Shown: piece by piece, positions 63,307 through 64,000 of the stretch | How the letters are laid out: every line of letters begins with the position of its first letter | Numbering within the stretch: the first letter of the stretch is position 1 | Assembly: GCA_025059045.1 (NCBI GenBank) | Contig: JANXEA010000014.1 | Coordinates: 43,569 to 107,568, forward strand | DNA: 64,000 nt | Direction of reading: 5' to 3' | Source: Candidatus Bathyarchaeota archaeon | Lineage (GTDB): Archaea > Thermoproteota > Bathyarchaeia > Bathyarchaeales > DTEX01 | Notes under the pieces: generated by a model | Databases searched by the model: none | Told to the model about the DNA's origin: nothing | The model's input: the letters and a program-made list of their open reading frames with translations, nothing else | Program-made: the position numbers and the translations under genes

Positions 63307-64000
63307 AAGTCGCCGAATTACTGAAAATCGCAGAGGAGGAACACAGAAAGAGAGAATCCATCCGCTATAGAATAAACGTATGCTGCTCAACGGGCTGCCT
63401 CCCGCTCGGCGCAACAAAGGTTTTGAAAGCCTTCGAAGATGCCTTGAAAGAGTTCGGAGTAGATGATATATGCAGGACTTGTCGAACTGGCTGTGTCGGA
63501 ACATGCTATGTTGGTCCAGCAGTAGTTGTAGAACCAGGCGACTACCTCTACCAGAATGTTAAACCAGAAGATGCGAAAGAGATTGTTAGGAGCCACATAG
63601 TAGAGGGAAAGCCTGTCGAGCGGCTACTCTACAAGAATGAGGCCTTCTTCAGGAAGCAGGTTAAAATCGTGATGAGAAACGCTGGCAAGATTGATCCATT
63701 CAGGATTGAGGATTACCTGGCTGTTGGAGGATACTTCGCACTGATAAAATGCCTGGAGAAGATGACGCCGAAGGACGTCATTGACGAAGTTTCCGCGAGC
63801 GGTCTTAGAGGAAGAGGCGGGGCTGGTTTCCCAACAGGCCAGAAATGGAGTTTTGTAGCAAGGGCCACTGGCAGACCTAAATATGTCGTCGCAAACCTGG
63901 ATGAGGGGGATCCCGGCGTCTTCGCGAATAGAACACTTGCCGAAGCGGATCCACATTCAATACTGGAGGGTATGCTGATAGCTGCCTACGCAGTAGGCGC
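63303..64000 (+). CDS. NuoF/HoxF/HydB-like NAD(P)H-binding flavoprotein subunit (3' end outside the window)
   Basis: This ORF is not in the track because it runs off the window. Hand translation from the ATG at 63303 reads MKVAELLKIAEEEHRKRESIRYRINVCCSTGCLPLGA...SGLRGRGGAGFPTGQKWSF...VVANLDEGDPGVFANR. That gives an N-terminal thioredoxin-like 2Fe-2S domain plus the FMN/NADH-binding signature. Confidence 0.85.
   Translation, partial: MKVAELLKIAEEEHRKRESIRYRINVCCSTGCLPLGATKVLKAFEDALKEFGVDDICRTCRTGCVGTCYVGPAVVVEPGDYLYQNVKPEDAKEIVRSHIVEGKPVERLLYKNEAFFRKQVKIVMRNAGKIDPFRIEDYLAVGGYFALIKCLEKMTPKDVIDEVSASGLRGRGGAGFPTGQKWSFVARATGRPKYVVANLDEGDPGVFANRTLAEADPHSILEGMLIAAYAVG

Overview
This is a densely coded archaeal chromosomal segment with about 60 protein genes and 3 tRNA genes, one of which carries an intron. 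I found no rRNA, no intact mobile element and no functional CRISPR array.

Informational genes:
- A partial spc-like ribosomal cluster: uS5-uL30-uL15-SecY-DUF106-Cmk.
- Ribosomal proteins eS1 (S3Ae), uL16 (L10e) and eL15.
- SerRS, TFB, aSUI1 and the block Dph2-methylase-Csl4-RpoL.
- Sua5, RadA, Orc1/Cdc6, a Sulfolobus-type single-OB SSB, a short family-B DNA polymerase and a thermosome subunit.

Metabolic genes point to an anaerobic, ferredoxin-based heterotroph:
- A four-subunit 2-oxoacid:ferredoxin oxidoreductase in the order porGDAB.
- A tungsten-type aldehyde:ferredoxin oxidoreductase.
- PEP synthase, AMP-forming acetyl-CoA synthetase and a NuoE/NuoF-like flavoprotein pair.
- Two enolase-superfamily enzymes, a long transaldolase/FSA-family protein and a xylose-isomerase-like protein.

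The gene set suggests a TACK-type archaeon. This is inference only; no taxon can be proven from this window.

Observations most worth follow-up:
1. A 580-aa type-I membrane glycoprotein candidate at 26859..28601. Its architecture and several co-linear motifs resemble eukaryotic ribophorin I / OST1.
2. A 928-nt non-coding stretch (57150..58077) next to tRNA-Val. It contains a solitary CRISPR-repeat-like 27-mer ending in ATTGAAAG, plus decayed partial copies.
3. An exonuclease-less but apparently catalytically intact family-B polymerase.
4. Two mirror-image paralogous heterodimeric ABC exporter operons, each with one degenerate ATP site, flanking a dipeptide-epimerase-like gene.
5. porG, whose conserved N-terminus lies upstream of any ATG/GTG/TTG codon, so a CTG start is likely.

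All protein identifications rest on motifs I recognise by eye. No database search was run.
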